Positions 38,360 to 49,960 of a stretch of 64,000 bases of DNA are shown here, one piece after another. The stretch's first letter is position 1. Each line of letters starts with the position of its first letter. Source of the DNA: Mobula hypostoma (lineage: Eukaryota); contig NC_086097.1 of the NCBI RefSeq assembly GCF_963921235.1, positions 16,678,001-16,742,000 of the forward strand, in the 5' to 3' direction. The position numbers and the translations under genes were made by a program. Below the pieces are notes generated by a model. The model did not search any database. It saw only the letters and a program-made list of their open reading frames with translations, and was not told the origin of the DNA.

Positions 38360-41300
38360 CCACATGACTTGAGCAGAATTAGGCTTTAGCATTCCATTAT
38401 CAACTTTTGCTTCTCTATCATCTTCTCATAACCCTTGACGCCCTGACTAATGAAGGACCTATCAACCTCCACTTTAAATATAACATATGACTTGGCCTCC
38501 ATGACTCTCTGTAGCAAAGAATTCCACAGATTCGCTACCCTCTGGCTGAAGAAATTCCTCCTCATGCATATTCTAAATGGATGTCCCTCTATTCTGAGGC
38601 TGTGCCATTTAGCCCTAGACTACCCACTACTGGAAACATCCTTTCAACATCAACTCTATCCAGACCTTTCAATTTTTGATAGATTTCAATGAGATCCCCT
38701 CTCATTCTTATAAACTTCAGCAATCATTCTTTGTAAACCTTCTCTGGGCCCTTTCCAATGCCAGCACATTGTTTCTCTGATAAAGGGCCCTAAACTGCTC
38801 ACAGTACTGCAAGTGGGGTCTGTTGAATGCCTTTTAAGGTCTTAGCATTACATCCATGCTTTTGTGTACTCATCCTCTCAAGATAAATACTAACATTGCA
38901 TTTTCCTTCCTTTCTACCTACTCTACCTGCAAGTTTTAACTTATGGAATCCTGCACACAGACTCCCAAGTCCCTTTGTACCTCCTTGTTTAGAAGGAATA
39001 TGCTTTTATTCCTTCTACCAAGTGCATGACTATATGCGGTACTTCCCTACACTATACTCCACCTGCCACTTATTTACTAATTCTCCTAATCTGTTTAAGT
39101 CCTTCTGTATTCTGAAATAACACCTCCATCTCGCTGACAGTCAACGCTAGTGCACCTCAGGGACATCTGTGTAGCCCACTGCTCTGTTCTCTCTATGCCC
39201 ATGACTGTATGGCTAGGCACAGTTCAAATGTCATCTATAAATTTGCTGATGATACCACCATTGTTGGCAGAATTTCAGATGATGGCAAGAGGGCGTACAG
39301 AAGTGAGATGTACCAGCTAGTTGAGTGGTATCGCAGCAATAACCTTGCACACAATGTCAGTAAAACCAAAGAGCTGATTGTGGACTTCAGAAAGGGTAAG
39401 AGAAGGGAACACACACCAGTCCTCATAGAGGGATCAGAAGTGGAGAGGGTGAGCAATTTTAAATTCCCGAGTGCCAATATCTTTAAGGACCTAACCTGGT
39501 CCCAACCTATCGATACAACTATATAGAAAACAACACTGCAGTTATATTTCATTAGGAGTTTGAGGAGATTTAGTATGTCACCTCAAACACTTGTAAATTT
39601 CCACAGATGTACCGTAGGAAGCATTCTAATTGGCTGCATCACTGTCTGGTATTGGGGTGGGGGGGTTTGCTGGTACTGCACTGGATCGAAGCAAACTACA
39701 GGGCGTTGAAAAATTAGTCAGCTCCATCATGGGCACTAGCCTGCATAGTATCTTAGACATCTTCAAGGTGCAGTGCCTCAAAAAGGCGGCGTCCATCATT
39801 AAGAAACCCCACCACCTAGGACATCATTTCTCATTGTTACCATGAGGAAGTACAGAAGCCAGAAGGCACACACTCAACAAGGCAGGAATAGCTTCTTCCC
39901 CTGTGCCATCTGATTTCTGAATGGGTATTGAACCTATATTTATACATAAATAAATAAAATAGTTAAATTTATATACTAAAACAGTTTTTTTTGTATTATC
40001 ATGTATTGCATTATACTGCTGCCATAAAGTTAACAAATTTCACAACCTATGTCAGTGATATTAAACCTGATTCTGATTCTTAGAGTGGAATGACATTTGC
40101 AATTTTCTAGACCTCAAGAACCATTCCAGAATCTAGTTATTCTAGAAAGATCATTACTAATGCCTTGACAATCTCTTCAGCCACCTCTTTCGGGTCCCTG
40201 CAGTGTAGTCTATCTAGTCCAGGTGACTTGCCTACCTTCAGACCTTTCAGCTTCCCAAGCTTGTTCTTCTTAATAACAGCAACTATACTCCTGTACCCTT
40301 ACAGTTTTGAATTTCTGACATACCGCTACTGTCTGTCACAGTGAAGACTGGTGCAAGATACTTAAGTTTGTCCAATGTGTTTTTTTTTGTCTCCCATCCC
40401 TGTGTCATTTTCCTGTGACCCAGTATGCACTCTTGGCTCTCTTTTGCTCCTAACATTTCTCAAAAAAAACTTTTGGCATCCTCTTGTATATTATTGGCTA
40501 GCGTACCTTTATATTTCACCTTTTATCTCCTTATGGATTTCCTAGTTGTCCTCTAATTTTTAAAATCTTCCCAATCCTTTAACTTCCCACTAATTTTTGC
40601 TATATTACATGCCCTCTCTTTTGCTTTCATGCTGTCTTTCACTTCCATTGTCAGCTATGGTTGTGTCATCGTCCCTTTAGAAAACTATCTCGCCTTTGGG
40701 ATGTATCCGTGTTGTGCCTTCTGAATTGCTCCCAGCCATTGCTGTTCTGCTATCATTCCTTCTAGTGTTCCATTCCAATCAATTATGGCTAGCTCTTCTC
40801 TCATGCCTCTGTAATTCCCTTTACTCCACTGTAATGCCGATACATCTGACTTTAGCTTCTCTGTCAAACTACAGGGTGAATTCTATTATATTATTATCAT
40901 TCTCTCCTAAGGGTACCTTTACCTTAAGCTCCCTAATCAATTCTGGTTCATTACCCAATTCAGAATTGCCTTTCTCCTTGTGGACTCACCCACAACTGCT
41001 CTAAAAGGCCATCTCGTAGGCATTCTACAAATAATCTCTCTTGGGATCCAATATCAACCTCATTTTCCCAATCTACCTGCATATTAAAATCCCCCATGAC
41101 TATTGTAACTTTGCCCTTTTTACATGCTTTTTCTATTGTCCATTTTAATTTGTACCCTACATCCTGGCTACTGTTCTGAAGGTCTTTTTACACACTAGGA
41201 TTCTATATCTTCCGCTGTACATCTCTTTCTACAGATTTCTATTTATTTTTTTTAACCATCAGAGCCACCCCACTCCCTCTGCCTACTTGCCTGTCCTTTT

Positions 41301-41430
41301 GATATAAAGTGTATCCTTGGATGTTAACTCTCAGCTATGATCCTCTTTCAGCCATGACTCAGTGATGCCCTCAATGTTATAACTACCAATCTCTAACTGT
41401 GCTACAAGATCATTTACCTTATTCCTTATG
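38360..41430 (-). mobile_element. Decayed CR1 fragments, separated by a Rex1 insertion
   Basis: 3' CR1 sequence at 38360-39110; EN/tether piece (WSKGNYRGMREELA.IDW) at 40080-41430. Confidence 0.75.
39112..40080 (+). mobile_element. Rex1/Babar LINE 3' fragment
   Basis: [29 protein letters not shown]; (CTGATT)n tail. Confidence 0.88.
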
Positions 41431-43699
41431 TCAGTTACTGTCTCAATGCCAATAATTTGGAATGGTTCTCTTATTTCTGTTATCCCTTAATGGGAACATT
41501 ACAAGTAGAAGCAGGAATAAGTAACTTGGCCTCTTATGCCTGCTTTGCCATACAATAAGATTATATTTCTAATTCCTTATCTCCATTCACATTGTAAGAA
41601 AATAAGGAGGACATTCAACTGACTGAACTTGTACTGATTCTAAGAGCAATTCTATTCTCTCACTTACCTGTACTTTCCTTGAACCTATCCTCTGAAACAC
41701 ATCAACTAACATGCCCTGATTCTCCTACTGTCTCATGGAGTAAAGGCAACTTGTAGTAGCTGGTTAACCTTTAACCAGCACCTCCTTGGAACATGAGAGA
41801 AAACCAGAGCACCAGAGGAAATTTGCATGGCCATAGGGCAAAGGTGCATACCCCACATGTTCAGAATAACCCAGTTCACTCAATTTCACTTTATATATTT
41901 TTACCAAAGTGAGGCATAGGACCAGAACTAGGCTATTTGTGGCATTGAGTTTGCTCTGCTTATTGATCATGGCTTACTTATTTTTCCTCTCAATCCCATT
42001 CTTCTGCCTTCTCCCCATAACCTTCAAACCATTTCTAATCAATAACCTATCTGCCTCTACTTTTAAATATACCCACTTCAGAAACTTAATAAATTATTGT
42101 TTGTGTGCGTCTGAGTCTTGATGTCAGCTGCTTCCAGTTCAGTCCTTGGCCAGCACACTATTGTGGCTGGGTATCTAATGATTGGTAGGGCAAATGTGCT
42201 GATGGCCCTGATCTTGTTCTTCCCATTCAGCTGGCTTTTAGATTTACTGAGAAGACGCTGGGTGCAAGAATCAGCAGGACGCTGCCGGAAGTTGGGCAGA
42301 GCCCACCAGGAGCAGAGGCTAACTCTGGGAACTGCTCGGGCTCCACGCTGCCATGGAGCAGGGGGTCTGGGATTCAGGTCTTGGTGGAGGGGGTCAAGTA
42401 GGGGTCTTGGGCTGAACCCCTCGCACTTGCACTACATTTGCCCACAAAAACCTCTGGAAGAGAGTGACAACTGAGTCATGCTGGCTCAGACATTGCCCAG
42501 ATTAACAAAGTCCTTGCCAATGTTTGGGGAACGGTGATCATTTGGTGATAAAGTGGCCAAACCATAAATGGATGAGATTGGATGAAAGAGGAGAGAGAGA
42601 TAACTTGTATATTGATTGACTTCTATAATTCAAGGATAGTTTTCATAATCAGTAACTAATGTTTAGCAATGTTAATTACAGTTATCATTTCAATTTAACA
42701 TCCGAACGGGGTTGCTAAATTTAGTCCCTGTTGACCTATTTTGATCACACTTAATAACTTATTTTAATAAGAATATTTTGTGTGCTTTGGTGGATCTATG
42801 AAATAAGATCAGCTGCACGTTTCAAGTACAATATGTGTACAGCAATCAGTTAGGGGAAGCATTGATCAGACACCCTGGGTTTCACTTGAAGTTGCTTTTT
42901 AGTTAACCCTAACTTATTTCCAAATTTGATTTTTTTGTTCCTTCAAGAACCTTCTGTTCTTGGCAATGACAAAGGAAGACTTTTGAGCCACTTCTCAGAA
43001 TGCACAAATGGCTCAAAGATCAGATCAGTATAAGTGCCCCAATCTGGAAGACCTAGATCAGGATGAGGGAGACAACTCTGACTGATGAGATGGCAAAAGC
43101 AGACCTCAATATATTTGAGATGAATTAAGAATACTTTTTAAAGTGGAACTTGTGAACCAAATGTTATTTGGCTCATACCTAACAGCAACAATTTATATTA
43201 CATAATTGAATAAATGGAATGAATGCATACAAATTATTATCAGTCTTGAATGCTGGACAGGTCCCTTCTTGAATATATTTATTTTAATTAGTAAAAGTGA
43301 AGTGGTTCATTGCACTTAGTCAATTTTTTGTTTATTTTCCTATGTGTACAATTCTCATGAATTGTCATCAAACTGAAACAGTAACATTTTCCCAACATGT
43401 AGGACTCAAATGGTCTTTCCAGGCACTTGGTGTATTGTACTCAGCATTCACAACGTGGCTTCCTCTGCAGTGGAGGATCTGAATGCAGATTGAACAATGG
43501 CTTTGCAGTGCATCTACATTTAGTCTGCAGGAGTGGTCCTCCTCTTACAGTTGCCAGATGCATTGATTCTCCATCCCAGATCTACTCTAACCTATCTGTC
43601 TCTGGATTCCTACACTGGTAGTGAGGCTCAACGCAAGCTTAAGGAATGTTGCATCAGTGATGATGAATTCTTCAACTTTAGGTAATTTACTATTTCTTT

Positions 43700-44166
43700 T
43701 GGGTGGCGGGGTGGCGATGCGTCTCCGCCAAAGGAGGCGTAAGGTGCTCCTTCCCTCCGCTAGCCTGCAGGTCACCCTTGGGCAAGATGTCGCACCTGCT
43801 TAAGCCCCTGATCAGGGTCATGTGAAGCTATGGGAGCAGAAGGAGGCGTAAGGTGCTCCTTCCCTCCGCTAGCCTGCAGGTCACCCTTGGGCAAGATGTC
43901 GCACCTGCTTAAGCCCCTGATCAGGGTCATGTGAAGCTATGGGAGCAGGTGGTGGATATCACAAGTCCAGGTTATGCAACCACTGATGTCAGACAGACAA
44001 TCTCTGAAGAGTATTGATAATGGCTGGTGTCACCCATCTTGTAAAGACACTGCCCAGAAGAAATGCAACGACAAATCACTTCTGCAGGAAGATTTGCCAA
44101 GAACAATCGTGGTCATGAGATCACGATTGCCTAAGTCATACAAAATGGCACATAATTATGATGTTG
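43700..44166 (+). mobile_element. Same RTE-dependent element, with an internal perfect 109-bp tandem duplication
   Basis: Similarity to 5320-5687; units 43731-43839 and 43840-43948 identical; flanking ACTATT(T/C)CTTT repeat. Confidence 0.75.
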
Positions 44167-44179
44167 ACTATTCCTTTCT

Positions 44180-44475
44180 GTGGGCGCCATGATAGCATAG
44201 CGATTAGCGTGATGCTATTGCAGGTCAAGGTGTTGGAGTTCTGAGCTCAATTCCAGCACCATCTGTGAAGTGTTTGTATGTTCTTTCCCTGTGACCGTGT
44301 TGGTTTCCCCTGTGTGTCTGGTTTCCTACCACGGTTCAATGATGTACTGGTTAGTGGGTTTATTGGTCATTGTAAATTTTCCTGTGATTAGGTTACTGTT
44401 AAATAGGTGGGTTGCAGTGCGGTGTGGCTCGTTGGGATGGAGGGACCTGTTCCATGCTGTATCTCTAAATAAATG
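44180..44475 (+). mobile_element. V-SINE
   Basis: Head + TTTGTATGTTCT..GGTTTCC V-domain + CTGTATCTCTAAATAAA tail. Confidence 0.65.
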
Positions 44476-45142
44476 AAATGGTCATTTATGATTGTATATC
44501 TGTAATTTTTGACACTTTTTCTTTCTTCATGTCTATAGTCTGACTTCATAGGCTTATATGTTAGGATTGCTCACAGTCCTACTGTCTGAAAACCTAGCAC
44601 AGATAAAAGAAAATGCAGATTATGCGTCATCTATCACATTAACCCATTTGGCATCACCCTATCATCGATACTCACTTTGGTTCTTACTTTTCTATCTCCT
44701 ATCTTCTCTGCAACTGGAAAATACCTGTTTTCTCTCTTTCCCAACTTTGACAAAGGACTTGAATCCAAGATGTCAACTCCATTTCTTTCACAGATGCTTT
44801 CTGACCTGCTGAATCCTTTCCACATTTTCTGTTTTTATTTCTTATTTCCAATGTTTGCAATTTATTTGATTTTAATTAAATATCATTTTTCCCCTGTCTT
44901 TACAGATACTCTGGGCCTGTTTTCTGTTTCCAGCATCTTTTTTACCCTTCTAGCATTTATTGTGATTATTTTTGTTATTTACTTCAGGATTTTTATACTT
45001 CATTTACTCTATGTGCATTAACTTCACTTACCATTGTTATAATATGAATCCTTATCCCTTCAGAAAGCTGTTTTATGTACTATCAGTGATCTGGTTATTC
45101 CGAGAACAGACAACTTAGTCTTTTCTTTTGTTTTATTTACAG

Positions 45143-45303
45143 ATGTGCAGAGATTAGAAGTTTGCTAATATTCAGTCCGTTCTGAAGGGAAATTCCTTGG
45201 GCGACTGTGTGACTCGGGAGTTAAAAGCAGCCTAATACCAGCTGGTAAAGAAGAGCCCTCGAGAGTAGCTGTGTACACAGGGTTTAAAACTTTATTATTA
45301 TGT
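45143..45303 (+). pseudogene. AREL1: Relic exon B of the AREL1 N-terminal extension (DVQRLE..frameshift..AA*YQLVKKSPRE*LCTQGLKLYYY)
   Basis: Long polypyrimidine tract + tttacag acceptor, GTATGT donor at 45304; stops at 45233 and 45266; phase 2 joins 52308. Confidence 0.72.
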
Positions 45304-45549
45304 GTATGTTTTAAAAGAAAATTACATTGTTGAACTTATTTCCTTTCTTGAACATATGATGCTGGTATAACTGGAAAAAACAGGCTAACTGGGAATGAGT
45401 GCTAGAAATTACGTTAACTATGTATCCCAAATGGCAATCAGCAAGAAGTATAAACAAAATTTGGTCATGAGGTTCTGCAGATGTTGGAAATGGAACGTAG
45501 AAGAGTACAGCACAGTACAGGCCCTTCGGCCCATAATGTTGTGCCAAAT

Positions 45550-45790
45550 TTGAGCAACAGGCACAAGCTCTGGAGGAGTTCAGCAGGTCAGGCAGCTTCT
45601 ATGAAGGGGAATAAATGACCAATTTTCAAGCCAAGACCCTTTATTGGGGGTGGGGGGTGTTGTGGGAGAGCAGGGCAGAGAAGCTAGAATAAGCAAGTGG
45701 GTGAGAAGGGGGAAAAGTACAAGCCGGATGGTGATAGGTGACACCAGGTGAGGGGGAGGATGAGAGAGTAGGGAAGGAGGAATGGGAGAG
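45550..45790 (-). mobile_element. Decayed PLE pLTR fragment
   Basis: ctggaggagttcagcaggtcaggcagc..tttcaagccaagaccctt followed by a purine-rich arm. Confidence 0.6.
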
Positions 45791-46065
45791 TCTGGACGGT
45801 GATAACCTCTTCTATCTATCACCTTCCAACTTCTCACTGTTGGAGAAGGTTTACTTAAAATGGATGGGTTGTCTTCTGACTATAGAATAGAGGGTCTAGA
45901 CATGTATCTGCTGGAATGGAGAACAGTGAGAGGGAATTTATTTGAAACACAAGATCCTGAGAAGTCTTGATTGATGTTTTCTTTTTCAGAAGATTCCAGA
46001 CCTAGGAGTCACTGTTTAAAAGCAGTTTGCATACATGTCAAATAAATTAGTGATTTCTTTGAGTA

Positions 46066-46426
46066 ACATAGAATCATAGAAAACCTACAGCACAATACAG
46101 GCCCTTCGGCCCACAAAGCTGTGCCGAACATGTCCTTAACTTAGAAATTACTTAGGGTTTCCCATAGTCTTCTATTTTTCTAAGCTCCATGTACCTGTCC
46201 AGGAGTCTCTTAAAAGACCCTATCATATCAGCCTCCACCACCGTCGCCGGCAGCCCATTCCACGCACTCACAACTCTCTGCGTAAAAAGCTTACCCCTGA
46301 CATCTCCTCTGAACCTACTACAAGCACCTTAAAACTGTGCCCTCTTGTGTTAGCCATTTCACCCCGGGGAAAAAGCCTCTGACAATCCACGCGATCAATG
46401 CCTCTCATCATCTTATACACCTCTAT
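46066..46426 (-). mobile_element. CR1 3' end
   Basis: IEVYKMMRGIDRVD.QRLFP..TRGHSFKV; TTCTATG-like tail. Confidence 0.82.
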
Positions 46427-46905
46427 TGTATTTGGAGCTCTCTTCTTCCAAGGGGAGTGAAACCAGTGTATTTCAAAACTAAGGGAGAGGTAAATAGCTT
46501 CTGGATAAACAAGGACGTGAAAGGTTACTACAGTAGCTGGAAATGCAGAGTTATAGCAGAGCTGCTTCAAGAATCTGAAGGCCTACCTTTCGTCGTAATT
46601 TATGTTTTTGTATATTGAGACATTTGGGAAATAGTCCTGTGCTGTGTTTCAGGTGCAGTGGATACAGTAGAGAAGGAGTGCATTCAGTTTGATGTCTAAG
46701 TGCTTGTTGGAGCAATTACCTCGCACCTAATTTTCAGTCTTTTTATTTTAAGTTTCAACAGATTTTTCATGTGGCACTGCTCATAGTGGATCTAGGCCAA
46801 GGAAATGAATTTAAGTGGGTTGTTTGCTATTTATAAAACAAATGTAACATGCCACAAACTACCATCGCAGCCAATAATCGACAATCCAAATACAGTAATA
46901 TGGCT

Positions 46906-47122
46906 CAAACATGAGGAAATCTGCAGATGCTGGAAATTCAAGCAACACTCATCAAAGTTGCTGGTGAACGCAGCAGGCCAGGCAGCATCTCTAGGAAGAG
47001 GTGCAGTTGATGTTACGGGCCGAGACCCTCGTGATGAAGGGTCTCGGCCTGAAACGTCGACTGTACCTCTTCCTAGAGATGCTGCCTGGCCTGCTGCGTT
47101 CACCAGCAACTTAGATGTGTTT
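46906..47122. mobile_element. PLE inverted pLTR pair, centrally truncated through both hammerhead cores
   Basis: Near-palindrome; TSD TACAGT(A/G)ATATGGCT at 46891-46905 and 47123-47137. Confidence 0.87.
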
Positions 47123-47360
47123 TACAGTGATATGGCTAATGAGACACTGCCTTGCAGCAACAGAGACCCAAGTTCAAAGCTGACCTCAGGTGCTATCAGG
47201 AGAGAATCTGCACCGTCTCTCTGAGCACATCAGTTTCCTCCCACATCTCAAAGATGTACTTGTTAGTAGGTTGATGGGCCACTGTAAATTTCCCTTGGTG
47301 TGTAGTTGTGTGGTAGAATCTGGGGAAGATGATAGAGAATGAAATGGAATTTGTTTAAAA

Positions 47361-47440
47361 CAGTAGTCCCAAACTCGAGTCTATAGACCCCTTGGATAAT
47401 GGTAGGCATCCATGGCATACATAAGGATTTGGAGACCCTG
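47361..47440. mobile_element. hAT-type MITE, degenerate copy
   Basis: Reverse copy of 2670-2749; 8-bp TSD GT(T/G)TAAAA. Confidence 0.65.
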
Positions 47441-47946
47441 GTGTAAAAAGCTGTTTGATGGATGTTGAGGGCTCAATAGTCGGAAGTGCTTGTTTTCATG
47501 CATGATGATTCTGACTACTGTAACTGAAACACACATTTTAATAAGATCTTTTTTTCAAAGTGGTGATTTCACATGGACTCTCTGAATATATGGTTCCTGG
47601 GCATCTGTAAATAAAATTTAGAATCTTGGGAGCAAATTATATTCACAGTCTGCATATATGAAGATATTGCCAAATTAAGAGCAGTGGTAGCAGATGAATG
47701 TCTGCAAAATGAAAAGCAATTTTGCAAGCTCTGTCAATGAAAGTAGAAGCAAGAAGCAACCGAATGTGACAGTGAGATGATTTATTACCCTTGATCCTTT
47801 CTGTCTAGGTGAGAGAATCTTGACTAAAATAGAAGTGTTTAAAAATGGAAACAACAGGAATTCTGCAGATGCTGGAAATTCAAGCAACACACATCAAAGT
47901 TGCTGGTGAACACAGCAGGCCAAGCATCATCTATAGGAAGAGGTGC

Positions 47947-47982
47947 AGTCGACGTTTCAGGCCGAGACCCTTCGTCAGGACT
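47947..47982 (-). ncRNA. Minimal type I hammerhead ribozyme motif (PLE-associated)
   Basis: Reverse complement AGTCCTGACGAAGGGTCTCGGCCTGAAACGTCGACT. Confidence 0.85.
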
Positions 47983-48674
47983 AACTGAAGGAAGAGTGAG
48001 TAAGGGATTTGAAAGTTGGGGGGGGGAGGGGAGATCCAAAATGATAGGAGAAGACAGGAGGGGGAGGGATGGAGCCAAGAGCTGGACAGGTGATAGGCAA
48101 AAGGGGATACGAGAGGATCATGGGACAGGAGGTCCGGGAAGAAAGACAAGGGGGGGGGGACCCAGAGGATGAGCAAGAGGTATACTCAGAGGGGCAGGAT
48201 CTCCCAGTGGCCACACATTTTAATTCCACATCCCATTCCCATTCTGACATGTCTATCCATGGCCTCCTCTACTGTAAAGATGAAGCCACGCTCAGGTTGG
48301 AGGAACAACACCTTATATTCCGTCTGGGTAGCCTCCAACCTGATGGCATGAACATCGACTTCTCTAACTTCCGCTAAGGCCCCACCTCCCCCTCGTACCC
48401 CATCTGTTATTTATTTTTATGCACACATTCTTTCTCTCACTCTCCTTTTTCTCCCTCTGTCCCTCTGAATATACCTCTTGCCCATCCTCTGGGTCCCCCC
48501 GCCCCTTGTCTTTCTTCCCGGACCTCCTGTCCCATGATCCTCTCGTATCCCCTTTTGCCTATCACCTGTCCAGCTCTTGGCTCCATCCCTCCCCCTCCTG
48601 TCTTCTCCTATCATTTTGGATCTCCCCCTCCCCCCCCCCAACTTTCAAATCCCTTACTCACTCTTCCTTCAGTT

Positions 48675-48710
48675 AGTCCTGACGAAGGGTCTCGGCCTGA
48701 AACGTCGACT
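48675..48710 (+). ncRNA. Minimal type I hammerhead ribozyme motif (PLE-associated)
   Basis: AGTCCTGACGAAGGGTCTCGGCCTGAAACGTCGACT. Confidence 0.87.
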
Positions 48711-49264
48711 GCACCTCTTCCTACAGATGCTGCTTGGCCTGCTGCATTCACCAGCAACTTTGATGTGTGTTGTTTAAAAATGGACAAGTTTTAGACTCAT
48801 TGAATTCGAATTTTCTGATATTTTTAGAACTTATGCACATGATTTCCTTAAATTCCACCATTCACCTGTGATTTCATGTCCCTTGATATTTTTAGTAGGT
48901 GAAATATTTCAAATGTAGATGTTGTGATAACAGGAAATCTTAAACCAATGAGATTTGGCTTAAATGCTAAGCCGTCAGAGCAGGGAGAGCACAATAATCA
49001 ACAATGAAATGTTCCCAGGTTGTTTCTAGTTACAGAGGGTGAAATATATTTAGTGGCACACAGATTGCCCGATTGTATGCAATATCTTTTCAGGAAAAGC
49101 ATTCACACTGTAATCATAAAGCAAACCATTGCAGATGCTGGGAATCTGAAATAAAAATAAACTAAACTGAAAATACTCAGCAGGTTAGCTGGTGTGTGTG
49201 TGAAAGAAACAGAGTTAATGTTCCTGATTGTCTTTTTTCAGATGAGCATTTTATGCTAACTTTT

Positions 49265-49960
49265 AAAGGGGGTATATAGAGAAAGGGTCGTACACTTGAG
49301 GACAAAGAAGGTATTTATACATGGAGCTGGAGAAAATGAGTGAGCTACTAATCAAGTACTTTGCATTGAGATGCATGAAAACGAAGCACATGGAAGATAG
49401 TGAGATTATGGAGTATGCTAAAATTCTAGGACAGGATGATATTGATGAGGTATTTGGATTCTTGAAGAACACTAAGCTGAATGAGTCCCCGGGATCTGAT
49501 GGGATATATCCCACGTTATTGAGGGAGGCAAGAGAGAAGATTGCCAGGGGCTTGTTAGGGATCTTTTTTGTCACAAGTGAGAACCCAGAAGACTGGAGAA
49601 TTGCTAGTGTTATTCCTTTGTCTAAGAAGGGCAATAGAACCAAGTCATGAAGTTCTAGGCCGGCGAGTCTTTTATCAGTGTCAGGGAAATTATTGGTGAA
49701 GATTCTTAGAGATGTATGTACTCACACCGGGAATGGCATAGACTTGTTCGGGATAGACTGCCGGGTACCAATTGCTAAGAATGTGGGATCAGGGGAGTGT
49801 GACAGAAGGTCCGGGTGCAAGTATGTGCACAAATGCTTGAATGTAGCAAGGCAAACTGAGAGTTGTTAGCAATACATATAATGTCAAGGTGCTCATAAAA
49901 AGAGGCACTTTGGTACACAAGTATAGAAGTTATGTTGAGCCTATACAAAACACTGCTTTT
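49265..49960 (+). mobile_element. Decayed CR1 ORF2 fragments
   Basis: ESPGSDGIYPTLLREA..PEDWRIASVIPLSKKG. Confidence 0.75.

Larger units (their letters stand above)
47850..48770. mobile_element. PLE insertion: inverted pLTR + 3' end of GIY-YIG endonuclease ORF + pLTR
   Basis: Peptide PVATHFNSTSHSHSDMSIHGLLYCKDEATLRLEEQHLIFRLGSLQPDGMNIDF (48200-48377) is typical of the PLE GIY-YIG C-terminus; ~310-bp inverted arms 47885-48193 / 48461-48770; perfect TSD TGTTTAAAAATGGA at 47836-47849 and 48771-48784. Confidence 0.92.

Noticed and set aside
42118..42540. GC-richer segment with possible zinc-knuckle relics (Tx1/L1 ORF1-like)
   Set aside because: Too degraded to assign by eye; needs a profile search
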